From a virus (taxonomy: Duplodnaviria; Caudoviricetes): a DNA stretch of 26,652 nucleotides. The translations under genes were made by a program, and so were the position numbers. Location of the stretch: IMG/VR virus record IMGVR_UViG_3300042471_001003, positions 1-26,652 of that record, one strand, 5' to 3'. This document shows, piece after piece, positions 8,423-18,125 of the stretch. Under the pieces are notes generated by a model. The model did not search any database, had not been told where the DNA came from, and saw nothing but the letters and a program-made list of their open reading frames with translations. Every line of letters starts with the position of its first letter. The first letter of the stretch is position 1.

Positions 8423-10888
8423 TTATGGGAGTATTAATGGAGGATTATTACCCGTAGGAGCATTTCCTGTAAAATTAGTTGGACCACCAGGAGGTTCTGG
8501 TACTCTTAAAGCACCTAATTCAGGGCTATTAATATCAAATGAATTACCTGTAAAATTAGTTGGACCACCAGGAGGTTCTGGTACGGGTATTAATGGAGGA
8601 TATTCTGATCCTTTAGTCGCATACTGTATTAAGTTATTTGGGTCTATAGTTGATACTCCTCCAGATCTAGCAGTTAAATCAGCTTCTTCGTTAGTGTTTG
8701 GGTTGTAAATTACAGTTCTATTAGGATTAGATACAGCATTATCTACGTTTCCATTAGCAAAGAAATGAATTTTATTATTATCTAAATATTGGTTTTCTTT
8801 TCCACCTACTCCTGTAGGGTTAGTTATAAAGGCGACATCTCTACCACCATCGTTTAATCTAGGAGTAAAGTCGTGTATTGGGGTAAAGGCAACGTCTACA
8901 TCAAAATATTTTGGAGTTTCCATTAATCCTTTATCTTCACCTAATTCGGGTGAGTTAATTGCAATTTCCCAACTTGCTTCCTCAGGTATTGTATAAGTTA
9001 AACTTGTAATAAAACCAGGTACATACATTAAGTAATCACCAATAGTTAATCTAATTAAATTACCTTTCATATATCCCCCATTATAATCAGGAGATAGTGA
9101 GGAAGCAAGGTAGTTTAATTTTTGATACAAAGGTCTCATTTCAGCTCTTGATTGAGCCGCTACTTTAAATGAAAAGTTAATAGCACGAGATGATCCCTGG
9201 TAATTCCAAACTTTATCACCTCTACCTACAAACCTATATCCTTCCCAGTCTGAGTTGTATTGGTCAGTTATAGCACCTAAAAATGCTCTAAAGTGAACAA
9301 ATGTAGATATATCAGGGTTAGTGTTATCAATTACTTCAAATCTAAATTTAACTAAATCTCGTGTCAATACATCGGGATCTAGTACAATTCTATCTCTGTA
9401 TAAAGGAATCATATTGATTCTATCTACAGTAGCATTATCATATATGTTTAATTTTGAACGATTTCGAGTGCGTTTACCGGGATTTCCATCTCCGATACGT
9501 TGCATTCTATTTATTTTAGCACTTTGATAATCAAATGAGTAAATACCTAAAGTATTAGGAGCACCAGTTATATCTTTTCTAAAGTCAGAAGGTACTGCTT
9601 TTCCTGATTCATCAAAACTAAGAATTGATTTTTTATCTCTTAACTGTGTCTGATTAAAAGTATAAACTCCTTTATCTTTAGTATTAGCTGTATTTTCAGT
9701 AGGGAATGTATTGCCTAAAGTGTAAACACTGTTTTGAAATAATTGGTTTGTAATATTAAAATTGTCACCACCATCATTTACATTAGTTTTGATGGTTATA
9801 TATTTTAAATTAGTTGATTCTTGGGAAACACCACTTTTTGTTATTCTAATAATATCCTCAGAAGTTAAAGGTAATGATGTTCTATTAAAACTTTGAGATA
9901 AAGCAGCTTTAAGTTGAGCATTAGCATCTATTGGATCTCTTAAAAATGCTATATTTTTAGCACTTCTAAGTTGACCACCATTAATGATTATTCCTTGATT
10001 ATTAATACCTAATAAATCATCAACGTAACTACCAATAGTAATGTTATTAGCATTAACTAATGTAGTATCATCTTCTTGATCAGGATTTAAGTATTTTTCA
10101 CTTAATCCTAAAGTAGTAATAATTGATTTAGAATAATTAGCAGTTTTATTAAAACTTTCTTTTTTAGATTCTTCTGTTCTTTGTTCTAATTCTTTAGGAG
10201 ATAACCTATCATTAGAAAAAGGAATACGAGTTCTACCTAAACCAAATGAATCGGGTCCACCAGTATACGATAAAATAAAATTATCATTTGATGCTATACC
10301 TAAACTTGCTGCTTCTAAAGGAGAAGTTAATGATGATATAAAACTAATAGGGTTTAAAGTATCATCTGGGCCGGGTTCATCTCCTATTTTAGATATTTTT
10401 AATAATGTTAATCGGTTATTATTTTCCTCACTATGGAATCTTCTATAAACATTAGCATATTTAACATCATCATTAAAAATAGGTAATGCACCTTGTTTTT
10501 CAATGTGTAATCCTGTTCCTGCTCCAGCAACTTGTGCTAGAGTCATTAATGGATTATATAATCCCGCTACAGGATTTGACCTGTTAGGACGGCCAGGTAC
10601 TAAAGGGTTTTGTAATGATAATAATTGTTGTTTAGCAATAAATAAACCACCATTTCTACTTACTAAGAATTTACTAATACGAGATAAATCATCAACCCTA
10701 TTTTCAAGTTGATTTTTTGGGTCTCGTAATATAAAATCAGGAAAAGTAGAATCAGGATCACTTTCTACCGGTGGTAAATCTTTAATAATAAATGGTTGTT
10801 TGCTACTACCTCCTCCGGGACGATCATTACCGAATTTTAAATTACGGTACTGTGTTCCAACATCGGTTAATAATTCTCTTAGCGCCAT
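8423..10888 (-). CDS. Baseplate/tail-tube initiator-like structural protein
   Basis: FRAFLGAITDQY..W...GRGDKVWNYQG..R.I.FSFKV..QSR.EM..LYQKLNYLAS...RLTIGDY...PGFITSLTY tube-like domain; lies between TMP and LysM genes. Confidence 0.65.
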   Translation of the reverse strand: MALRELLTDVGTQYRNLKFGNDRPGGGSSKQPFIIKDLPPVESDPDSTFPDFILRDPKNQLENRVDDLSRISKFLVSRNGGLFIAKQQLLSLQNPLVPGRPNRSNPVAGLYNPLMTLAQVAGAGTGLHIEKQGALPIFNDDVKYANVYRRFHSEENNNRLTLLKISKIGDEPGPDDTLNPISFISSLTSPLEAASLGIASNDNFILSYTGGPDSFGLGRTRIPFSNDRLSPKELEQRTEESKKESFNKTANYSKSIITTLGLSEKYLNPDQEDDTTLVNANNITIGSYVDDLLGINNQGIIINGGQLRSAKNIAFLRDPIDANAQLKAALSQSFNRTSLPLTSEDIIRITKSGVSQESTNLKYITIKTNVNDGGDNFNITNQLFQNSVYTLGNTFPTENTANTKDKGVYTFNQTQLRDKKSILSFDESGKAVPSDFRKDITGAPNTLGIYSFDYQSAKINRMQRIGDGNPGKRTRNRSKLNIYDNATVDRINMIPLYRDRIVLDPDVLTRDLVKFRFEVIDNTNPDISTFVHFRAFLGAITDQYNSDWEGYRFVGRGDKVWNYQGSSRAINFSFKVAAQSRAEMRPLYQKLNYLASSLSPDYNGGYMKGNLIRLTIGDYLMYVPGFITSLTYTIPEEASWEIAINSPELGEDKGLMETPKYFDVDVAFTPIHDFTPRLNDGGRDVAFITNPTGVGGKENQYLDNNKIHFFANGNVDNAVSNPNRTVIYNPNTNEEADLTARSGGVSTIDPNNLIQYATKGSEYPPLIPVPEPPGGPTNFTGNSFDINSPELGALRVPEPPGGPTNFTGNAPTGNNPPLILP
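8466..8584. repeat. 38-bp perfect direct repeat (8466-8503 and 8547-8584) encoding VPEPPGGPTNFTG twice
   Basis: cctgtaaaattagttggaccaccaggaggttctggtac occurs twice, 81 bp apart, in frame. Confidence 0.9.
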
Positions 10889-10952
10889 TTATTTTATTTA
10901 CTTATAAGCAGAAAGTTTCCATTCAATAACATTTATATTATTGTTTGTATAA

Positions 10953-11168
10953 TTAAGGACGCTTAGGAAGGCGTGTAATTCTACCTGCAGCTACTGAATC
11001 AGGATTTGAAGTATCGCTTCTTAAAGTCTCATCGTAAGTCCCTTTTTCAAAACTATCGTTGATAGTAGGAAAATTAGGGTCTGAATTTTGGACTAAAGGC
11101 ACAAGACCATCTAATGATTCATCAGTAAAAGTTGCAGCTTGTAATCTTTCTAATAAAGTAGTTCCCAT
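10953..11168 (-). CDS. Small hypothetical protein
   Basis: 71-aa ORF after the TMP, with ATATTTATA upstream (11184-11192). Confidence 0.65.
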   Translation of the reverse strand: MGTTLLERLQAATFTDESLDGLVPLVQNSDPNFPTINDSFEKGTYDETLRSDTSNPDSVAAGRITRLPKRP

Positions 11169-11207
11169 AATGTGTTATTTTGTTATAAATATTAAAAATT
11201 ATTGTTT

Positions 11208-13472
11208 TTATGATGTAGCACTTGTATCAATTCCCCTACCTCCAAATGATCTAATATTAGAGGATATACTATATGTTGAGCGGGCTTGTGCATTACCTAT
11301 GTTAGCACCATTAAGTTCAAGTTGTACAACAGTAGTTGAAGGTGTTACTTTAACATTTTGCTGTGTTGGGGTTAAGGATGTTACATTAGTATTTTGTTGT
11401 GTTGAAGTTGTTTGTTGAGGTGCTACTTTTATTGACCCTGCAGGGCGTGATTGGATATCATTTACGGGGATTGGGTTAGTAGTAGCAATGATATTGTCTT
11501 TATCATTTAAAGCAAATATTTCACCTTCATCAAACAACATACGTTTACCGTATCCTGTAGATATACCATCATCCATCTTTTTAAAGTCTTGGAACATACC
11601 TAATAATGCTCCTAAACCTGCTAGAACAGCAACAGTAATACCTCCAGCCGTCAATACATTACCTATAGTTAAGGCACCAGCAGATGCTATAACTAATTGA
11701 CTAGCCATTAGTGATATACTACTTATTAATCTTACTAATGATAAACCAGCAAGTGCACCAACAGTTGCTAACACTAAAGTAGAACTAGATGCTAATGAAG
11801 CAAATGCATTTAAGATTGGTTCTAAAGCATATCCAACATTACCAATTATCTCTTGTATTTTTTCTAATGTTGCTTTAAATTTATCACTAATAGATAACGC
11901 TTGCATTTGTTCATAGTTAGCCTCACCAAATTTAGCTCTAAATCCTTCAGCACCTAATGCTAAAAATTGTTGTTGCATAACCATTTTAGCTAACTCCTCA
12001 CGAGACAATCCTAATGCTTTAGCGGCAGCATCTTGTGCTAAACGGTTGTCAGATGCAAAAGCATTAATTAATTCTTGATTATTACCAATTTCTTCAGTCA
12101 ATTTAGCTGTTTGGTTGGTTAAAGCATAATAACGAGCAGCCTCTAAATTAATCTGTTTACCAGTCATTAATTCGGCCGCTAATTCATTTTCAATAGAGGT
12201 TTGAAAATCAAGTAATGATGATGCTATTTGATCAACCTCACCTAATGTTAATCCTAATTGTCTTGCTTTAGTTGATGCTTCCGCTAATGCATTAACACTT
12301 CCACCTAAACTAACAGCTGTAGCAGCACTAACATTAGATATGTCGCTAAATACGGTTTTAATGTTAATAGCTGTACCTTTTTGTCGGTTTAATGCGCTTA
12401 CAGTTTTAGATGCATTATTTAACGTAGTTTCAGTATTTTCGCCTTGTAAACGCGCTAAATACGTTAATTGAGTTGCCTCTTTAGTATTGAATCCTAATCG
12501 TTGTGTTAAATTAGTAAATGTTTCTAAGGTTTGTCCTGAAATGTCTGCGGCAAATCCTAATTCAGCACTTAATTCCCTGAATGATTGGTTTAGTTTTTTA
12601 CTAGTAATAAAAATATCACCCGAGGTAATGGCTTGTCTTTCAAGTTCTAATGAAATCCCTTTTGCTGTTCCACGAGTAATACCAAATGCTTTTTGTAAAT
12701 TTGTAATTTTTTCATCAGCTTGTAGGAGTGCTTTAACTAAAAATGCTCCAATAGCTAAAGCAGCTAGTTGCCCACCTGCTCTTAAATCCATTACTAATTT
12801 TACGGATTTACCTAATTCACCTGGTAGTTTATTAGCGGCTGCTACTAATTTATCAGTGGTTGTTAAGTTTTTTTCTTGTTCCTTATTTACATCTTTTAAT
12901 ACTGTTATTTGTTGTCTAATATAATACAACAAACGAGCATTAGTTGACATTTCTTCAAGGGTAGTATTTAAATTATTTTCAATCTCTGTACTTTGCTTTT
13001 GTAATTGCTTAATTCTATCAGCATTTATAAGTTTATCTTCTTTAGAACCTTTAAGTAACTCCTTAAGTTCATCCTGTGATTTTTTAAATTCCTTAGTAAG
13101 GTCGCTAGCTTGGTCTACTCGTTGTCGATTTATTCCTACAACTTTATCCTCTAAACTAATTTCTTGCTTTTGTGCCTCTAAAATTAATTTTTTATTTCTG
13201 CTAACCTGTTTTACCTTTTCAATTGAATCTTCTAAATCTAAACTTTGATCACGAATAGCTCTTTGAATTTTTTTATTAATATCTAAAGTATCGTTTTCAA
13301 ATTGGGTTCGTTTAGATTGAATCCCTAAAATTTCTTTTATTGATTCTAGGTAAGATGTAGATAGCGAATAACTTTCATTTTGTAATTCAAGGCGTCTTCG
13401 TAGGATCTCGTTTTCCTTCTCAAGAAGTTCATTTTCTTCTTGCTGTCGTCTTAATTCCTCGGGTGTAGCCAT
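11208..13472 (-). CDS. Tail tape measure protein
   Basis: 754 aa, helical Ala/Leu/Gln-rich, hydrophobic Gly/Ala stretch near the C-terminus; canonical position after tube and chaperone genes. Confidence 0.85.
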   Translation of the reverse strand: MATPEELRRQQEENELLEKENEILRRRLELQNESYSLSTSYLESIKEILGIQSKRTQFENDTLDINKKIQRAIRDQSLDLEDSIEKVKQVSRNKKLILEAQKQEISLEDKVVGINRQRVDQASDLTKEFKKSQDELKELLKGSKEDKLINADRIKQLQKQSTEIENNLNTTLEEMSTNARLLYYIRQQITVLKDVNKEQEKNLTTTDKLVAAANKLPGELGKSVKLVMDLRAGGQLAALAIGAFLVKALLQADEKITNLQKAFGITRGTAKGISLELERQAITSGDIFITSKKLNQSFRELSAELGFAADISGQTLETFTNLTQRLGFNTKEATQLTYLARLQGENTETTLNNASKTVSALNRQKGTAINIKTVFSDISNVSAATAVSLGGSVNALAEASTKARQLGLTLGEVDQIASSLLDFQTSIENELAAELMTGKQINLEAARYYALTNQTAKLTEEIGNNQELINAFASDNRLAQDAAAKALGLSREELAKMVMQQQFLALGAEGFRAKFGEANYEQMQALSISDKFKATLEKIQEIIGNVGYALEPILNAFASLASSSTLVLATVGALAGLSLVRLISSISLMASQLVIASAGALTIGNVLTAGGITVAVLAGLGALLGMFQDFKKMDDGISTGYGKRMLFDEGEIFALNDKDNIIATTNPIPVNDIQSRPAGSIKVAPQQTTSTQQNTNVTSLTPTQQNVKVTPSTTVVQLELNGANIGNAQARSTYSISSNIRSFGGRGIDTSATS

Positions 13473-13494
13473 TTGTTATAAATATTTGAAGGCA

Positions 13495-13777
13495 CTACTT
13501 TTGTGTAGTGCCCCCGTTGTATTTTAATTTAGCACCTTTAACATAGTCGGGAACTTGTACTTGTCCTGATTTAACTTTGCTAGTAAAGGTATCAATATCA
13601 TCTTTTTCTTTATTTTGTTCCTCGTACCAAGTTTTAATTTGGTTAAAAGTATATATGCGCAACCATATAGGCATGTTATACACATCAGGAAATGTATATC
13701 CACCTTTACCGTGAAATACAATCTGGTGTATTTGATCAAACATGGCTTTCCTATACTCGGGAGTCAGGCCAAAAAAA
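13495..13777 (-). CDS. Tail assembly chaperone C-terminal extension (GT/gp51-like), probably reached by frameshift
   Basis: FFGLTPEYRKAMFDQIHQIVFHGKGGYTFPDVYNMPIWLR; the Y...V.NMP.W.R segment resembles gp51/GT-type chaperone tails. Overlaps the upstream gene in the +1 frame from a T7 run. The track's TTG start at 13836 is doubtful. Confidence 0.7.
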
Positions 13778-14494
13778 GCTAAGCCCAATAGGTAAATTAA
13801 CGTCCTCCTCAACGCCGTTTGGTCCATCAAAGTCAAATTTTAGGTCAATATCGGGTTGTACTTGGCGAATATACTCGCGTAATGCGCGCGAATCTTGCGC
13901 TAAAAGATAGTTATCGACGAACTCGCGAACTACCTTAGGCTCGCGGTTATCTTCGATAGAAGTAATCATATACTTTAAACGAGTTGATAATTCGGGAACG
14001 TTATCTTTATTAATTTTTTTCAATCCCTCTAATTCACGGTCAATTTTTAATTCATCCCCGTGTGTTAAGATTTTAAAGGTTAAGTTAGTATTTGATTTAG
14101 GTAAGGTAAATTTAAATTCATTGATGCCTGGGGATATAAGTGATTCATCAAATGGCTTATCTTGCATTGTAGTTAAATCAACTGTTACATCTTGTCCTCT
14201 GTATTGAAATGAGTAATCTTTACCATATCCCAAAATACGGGCAGCAATCATAATTGCATTCTTATCACCAATAATTAAGTCATTGTAATCAATATTAGAT
14301 ACAATTAATGTTTGTAACAATTTATCTAACACAACGCCTTTTTGAATATATGATTGGTTAGTAAGAATATCTTCTTCTTTAGCCGTCATATACTTCATTT
14401 CAACGGTTCCACTAGATAATGGGTTTGATTTTGGATAAAGTAGACCTTTGGATGGTAAATCTACAACTTCGGTGGGCATTTTAAATTCGCTCAT
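13751..14494 (-). CDS. Tail assembly chaperone / baseplate hub assembly protein (T4 gp26-like)
   Basis: LPSKGLLYP...MKYMTAKEEDIL...GDKNAIMIAARILGYG...FFWP; lies between tube and TMP. Confidence 0.8.
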   Translation of the reverse strand: MSEFKMPTEVVDLPSKGLLYPKSNPLSSGTVEMKYMTAKEEDILTNQSYIQKGVVLDKLLQTLIVSNIDYNDLIIGDKNAIMIAARILGYGKDYSFQYRGQDVTVDLTTMQDKPFDESLISPGINEFKFTLPKSNTNLTFKILTHGDELKIDRELEGLKKINKDNVPELSTRLKYMITSIEDNREPKVVREFVDNYLLAQDSRALREYIRQVQPDIDLKFDFDGPNGVEEDVNLPIGLSFFWPDSRV

Positions 14495-14519
14495 AATTTA
14501 TTATAACTTTAATGTTGTA

Positions 14520-14552
14520 TATAAATATATAAAATACAAAAAGGCTTGCCAA
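14520..14552 (-). promoter_or_regulatory. Composite site: TTGG-N19-TATATTTA overlapping ATATTTATA, upstream of the chaperone gene
   Basis: Both motif classes coincide here. Confidence 0.5.
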
Positions 14553-14565
14553 AAGACAAGCCTTT
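14538..14565 (-). terminator. Intrinsic terminator after the tail tube gene
   Basis: AAAGGCTTG-TCTTTTGG-CAAGCCTTT followed by TT; same stem sequence as the 1597-1618 hairpin. Confidence 0.75.
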
Positions 14566-14588
14566 CTTGAAAAAATGTATAGTACTTT

Positions 14589-15077
14589 TTAGAAGTTCAA
14601 TACACAGTAATCCATTCCTAATGTCATAGTAAGGTTTTGTGCTTCAGCTTCTGTATCCCAGTTGTATTCACCGAAATCAGCAGCTTTAATAAAAGCACCC
14701 ATTAACACCCATTCAGAAACGATATCACCTACAGGACCTAAAACATCCAATACAATATCTTTCTTATAGAAATCAGCATAACCATCACGGCCAGTTACTG
14801 ATTCATGGTGTAAACGAACCCATTCCATAGTTGCTTGAGCACCTGAAGGAGTGATAGGATCAAACAATGTTAATGTTACATCGTTCCACAACATTTTACC
14901 TTTGATTTTACGGTAAACGTTGATGTGGTTTAATTTGATTTCACCTTGATCAAATCCTAATCCATTAATTCCTTTAATCATATATGATGGAAAACCATCT
15001 ACGTACATGATAAAACGGTTCTTTACCTTAGGTTCAAAGGCGGTGAAAAATATTTCGTTAGAGCTTAAAATTGCCAT
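14589..15077 (-). CDS. Tail tube protein (T4 gp19-like)
   Basis: FEPKVKNRF...KGKMLWNDVTLTLFDPI...EWVR...GRDGYADFYKKDI...W.L.GAF...LTMTLGMDY; directly after the sheath gene. Confidence 0.92.
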   Translation of the reverse strand: MAILSSNEIFFTAFEPKVKNRFIMYVDGFPSYMIKGINGLGFDQGEIKLNHINVYRKIKGKMLWNDVTLTLFDPITPSGAQATMEWVRLHHESVTGRDGYADFYKKDIVLDVLGPVGDIVSEWVLMGAFIKAADFGEYNWDTEAEAQNLTMTLGMDYCVLNF

Positions 15078-15090
15078 GTTCTTATTTTAT

Positions 15091-15099
15091 TATAAATAT
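15091..15099 (-). promoter_or_regulatory. ATATTTATA putative late promoter element (tail tube)
   Basis: Motif recurs upstream of about ten structural genes. Confidence 0.6.
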
Positions 15100-15101
15100 T
15101 A

Positions 15102-16817
15102 TTATTCAAAAGAGGCTCCAGTAGGAAGAATATTAAAGTTCAACACTACGAATTCAGCAGTTTTAGTTGGTTGAATGTAAATAGCACCTACTAGTTGGTT
15201 GCGATCAATCACATCAGCTGTGTTGTTTGATTCATCCATTACTACCTTATAGGCATATAAACCTTGACGTTGTTGTACTGATGCTAAGTATGGATTAACT
15301 TGAGACAAGAAACTGTTACGAGTTGCAATACTATTTTGTTCAAATACTAAGTTATTACTTACACCACCAATATAGTTTTTTAAAGCAATCAACAAACGGC
15401 GAACGTTTACACGATCCAAAGCGCTTGCTTTAGTCTGTAATGTTTTCTGACCAAATACTACAATGCCTTGGCCTGGGAAAGTAGCGATTGGATTAACTTT
15501 ACCTAGATATAAGCTATCACGGCTTGATTGAGATAATTTTTGCTCAACACGCAATACATTTCCTAAACCACCACGATTAAATCCAGCGGGAGCAAACCAT
15601 TCAGCAGCAACGCTATCGTTAAATGCATAAACACCGGGCATCATAGTTGAAGCAGGAACCCAAACGTTTTTACCAGTTTCAGGATCAGAAATTTGCAACC
15701 AAGGCCAGTAAGTAGTAGCATATGAGTTATCGATAGTGGCAGCATTAGTAACAGCGGTTGCTACGGTTGAACCATAAGCTACCATATCCGCTACATAAAT
15801 TGCATCTCCGCGATTTTGAGTATTTATTATAATATTTGAAATAGGAGTACCATAATCTGCTTTATATAAACCAGGAGTAACTAATACGTTGTATTTGTAG
15901 TCATCTTTATTGCTTAACAAATTAATCATATTAGTATAGTTATCAGATACTAAGCCTTGAGTATTTCCAGATCCAATAGAATTATAAAATAAAGCACCTG
16001 CTTTAATATCACCGGTAGCACTTGTAAATGATCCACTAGCTACTAATGGAAGAGAAGAAGTGTATTGTGATTTTGCAACACCATTATTATCAAAATAATC
16101 AGGAGTAGTTAAATTAACTGATTTAACACGCACATATGCTGATTTATTAGGATAAGAACCAGATACTTCAACTTGATTATTTGAAGAATTATAATAGTAA
16201 TTATAATCACCAATTACAGATCCAATAAAATTAGATGCTTTAGGATCTAATGATAAACCACTCCAAGTTTCCAATACAGAAGGAGTATTAGTAGTATCGT
16301 TACCTTGACGAATTACTAAAGTGAAAGTTCCAGAAGCAGTATCGCGCTGAGAAATTTGCCAACGAATATTGTCTGAAGAACCACTTGCTAATTGCCCTGC
16401 ACTGCCTTCACTTGAACTGCTGTTCATAATAATACCTTTAGATAAGGTTTCTAATACGAATGCAGGTTGTGAGGCGGCTTGAGTAGAAGCGGAAATAGGA
16501 GTTGAGGTAGCAGAGGTATAGGCTTGAGCACCTGAACCTGATACTACACGGGCAACTAATAAGCTAGTTCCACCGTTATTAAAATAGTTATAGGCGGTTA
16601 TACCAGTAAAGAAGTTATAAGTATCACTACCACTTGTAACAGCACCACCAAAAATTTGTTTAAACTGTGAGTAACTTGTTACTAATGTGGGAATTTCTAC
16701 AGGACCCTTTGCGGTAGGACCGATAATTGCGGCTCCAACTACAGGAGGTTGCGAAGTTACCTGAGACTGATCATTCTCATTGGTAAAAACGCCTGGGGAT
16801 ATAATTTGCTCTGCCAT
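15102..16817 (-). CDS. Contractile tail sheath protein (T4 gp18-like)
   Basis: SPGVFTNEND N-terminus; YWPW, WFAPAGFNRG, VNPI..F, GQKTL, LDRVNVRRLL, IYIQPTKTAEFVVLNF. Confidence 0.96.
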   Translation of the reverse strand: MAEQIISPGVFTNENDQSQVTSQPPVVGAAIIGPTAKGPVEIPTLVTSYSQFKQIFGGAVTSGSDTYNFFTGITAYNYFNNGGTSLLVARVVSGSGAQAYTSATSTPISASTQAASQPAFVLETLSKGIIMNSSSSEGSAGQLASGSSDNIRWQISQRDTASGTFTLVIRQGNDTTNTPSVLETWSGLSLDPKASNFIGSVIGDYNYYYNSSNNQVEVSGSYPNKSAYVRVKSVNLTTPDYFDNNGVAKSQYTSSLPLVASGSFTSATGDIKAGALFYNSIGSGNTQGLVSDNYTNMINLLSNKDDYKYNVLVTPGLYKADYGTPISNIIINTQNRGDAIYVADMVAYGSTVATAVTNAATIDNSYATTYWPWLQISDPETGKNVWVPASTMMPGVYAFNDSVAAEWFAPAGFNRGGLGNVLRVEQKLSQSSRDSLYLGKVNPIATFPGQGIVVFGQKTLQTKASALDRVNVRRLLIALKNYIGGVSNNLVFEQNSIATRNSFLSQVNPYLASVQQRQGLYAYKVVMDESNNTADVIDRNQLVGAIYIQPTKTAEFVVLNFNILPTGASFE

Positions 16818-16827
16818 GTTATTTTGT

Positions 16828-16836
16828 TATAAATAT
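16828..16836 (-). promoter_or_regulatory. ATATTTATA putative late promoter element (sheath)
   Basis: Recurrent motif, 10 nt before the ATG. Confidence 0.6.
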
Positions 16837-16864
16837 TATAGAACCTCGTAAAAAAACCTTAAGG

Positions 16865-17800
16865 TTATTTAATTTGGATCATTGTAAGAATTACAGAGGG
16901 AACCCCTACTCCACCGTTTGCCGGAGCGGCAGGTTCTGCAACTAATTGTGCACTAGCACCGCCATCAACATACCATATTAATTCTAGATAATCTCCAGCA
17001 ATTAAACTCTCTACAAAATTCCAAGCTGCAACATACTTGCTGTTTTGGTTTTGAATTGAAACACCTGTGTTACTGTTACTTACATCTATTCCGTTTTTCC
17101 TTAACCAAATATGAACGTCAGGAGATCCACCTACTGTAGTTTGAACCTGTGCTGAGAACTGTAGGTTATAAATACCGGTTCTGGTTACTGTAACTCTTGA
17201 ATTTGATACTAGGGTAACTCCATCATTAATTACCGGACTGTTTAGGGTAATGGAGGCTGATGCTCCTGTAACTACTGTTTGAGTAGTTGTATCGTAGAAT
17301 GTGCCAACTGCTAAGTTCGTAACTCCGTTACTTGCGAAAGATGAAGTTAATGCATAAGATGCTGAGGTTGCAGTTCCAGTAACGTTTCCTATAACACTAC
17401 CGGATAAAGAACCTGTAAGAGAAGTAGCTTGAATAGAACTACCTGAAACAATAGGGACTGTTAAAGTATTAGAGGATGGATTATAGTAAGGACCATTTGC
17501 TCCATCAGCGGCCAATTCATAATGGCTTCCTAAAGCACCTGTACTATTTTTAAATACTAAAGTATAGTTTATATCAGTTGCGTTGTTTGAAGCAATATAA
17601 ACTTTACTTCCTGAGTAAGCATGTGATGCTGTAGCGAATAAACTTCCAGTAATAGCTAAAGAGCCTGAAATACTAATGTTATATTCTTTAGCAGCAGTAA
17701 AAGCATCAACAGATTGTGATACGTGCCAAGCTTCAATAGTATAGGTTTGATCTATCTGGTCACTGCCAGAAGTAAATATCTGTTTTAATACATTTGCCAT
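16865..17800 (-). CDS. Fibre/appendage-like virion protein with probable C-terminal C1q/TNF-like jelly-roll
   Basis: S/G/T-rich shaft (SGSLAITGSL, GSLSGSVIGNVTGTATSASYA); C-terminal TGIYNLQFSAQ...IWLRKNG...AGDYLELIW. Confidence 0.6.
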   Translation of the reverse strand: MANVLKQIFTSGSDQIDQTYTIEAWHVSQSVDAFTAAKEYNISISGSLAITGSLFATASHAYSGSKVYIASNNATDINYTLVFKNSTGALGSHYELAADGANGPYYNPSSNTLTVPIVSGSSIQATSLTGSLSGSVIGNVTGTATSASYALTSSFASNGVTNLAVGTFYDTTTQTVVTGASASITLNSPVINDGVTLVSNSRVTVTRTGIYNLQFSAQVQTTVGGSPDVHIWLRKNGIDVSNSNTGVSIQNQNSKYVAAWNFVESLIAGDYLELIWYVDGGASAQLVAEPAAPANGGVGVPSVILTMIQIK

Positions 17801-17822
17801 TTGTTATAAATATCTAAAAAAT

Positions 17823-17844
17823 AAAAAGGCCCTTAATAAGGGCC
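17823..17844 (-). terminator. Intrinsic terminator
   Basis: GGCCCTT-ATT-AAGGGCC followed by TTTTT on the minus strand, after the 85-aa gene. Confidence 0.75.
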
Positions 17845-17867
17845 CTTTAATTTAAGTTTAATAAGGA

Positions 17868-18125
17868 TTAAGCTTCTTCTCCAGGAGTAAACTCACCTTT
17901 TTCAAGGTTAATTGATCCTACACCGTACTTTTCACTCAATTCTTTGCCAAGAGCTTGCTCTTCGCTTTTCAGTTCGCTCAAGTAAGTAAGTACTTCCTCT
18001 TTGCGAGACTCTAAATTAATTTTAGCAAACTCGATGTTTCCTAGTTCTGTAACTACAGCATTGTACTTTTGCTGGATTGATTGAAGTTGTTCAACTTCTT
18101 CTACTGTTAATTTTATTGATTCCAT
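17868..18125 (-). CDS. Small coiled-coil protein (possible fibre assembly chaperone)
   Basis: Heptad-like acidic helix ending L.EKYG.GSINLE.GEF; own ATATTTATA at 18138-18146 and own terminator. Confidence 0.7.
   Translation of the reverse strand: MESIKLTVEEVEQLQSIQQKYNAVVTELGNIEFAKINLESRKEEVLTYLSELKSEEQALGKELSEKYGVGSINLEKGEFTPGEEA

Noticed and set aside
8466-8584. CRISPR mini-array (38-bp repeat, 43-bp spacer)
   Set aside because: Only two copies, in frame within a coding region, not palindromic, and no cas genes.
13524-13739. 71-aa minus-strand ORF in the third frame
   Set aside because: Nested in the chaperone extension, and a -1 slip at the T7 run meets TGA before reaching it.
16850-16866. 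AACC-TTAA-GGTT hairpin plus T run after the fibre-like gene
   Set aside because: Stem too short and weak to call a terminator confidently.
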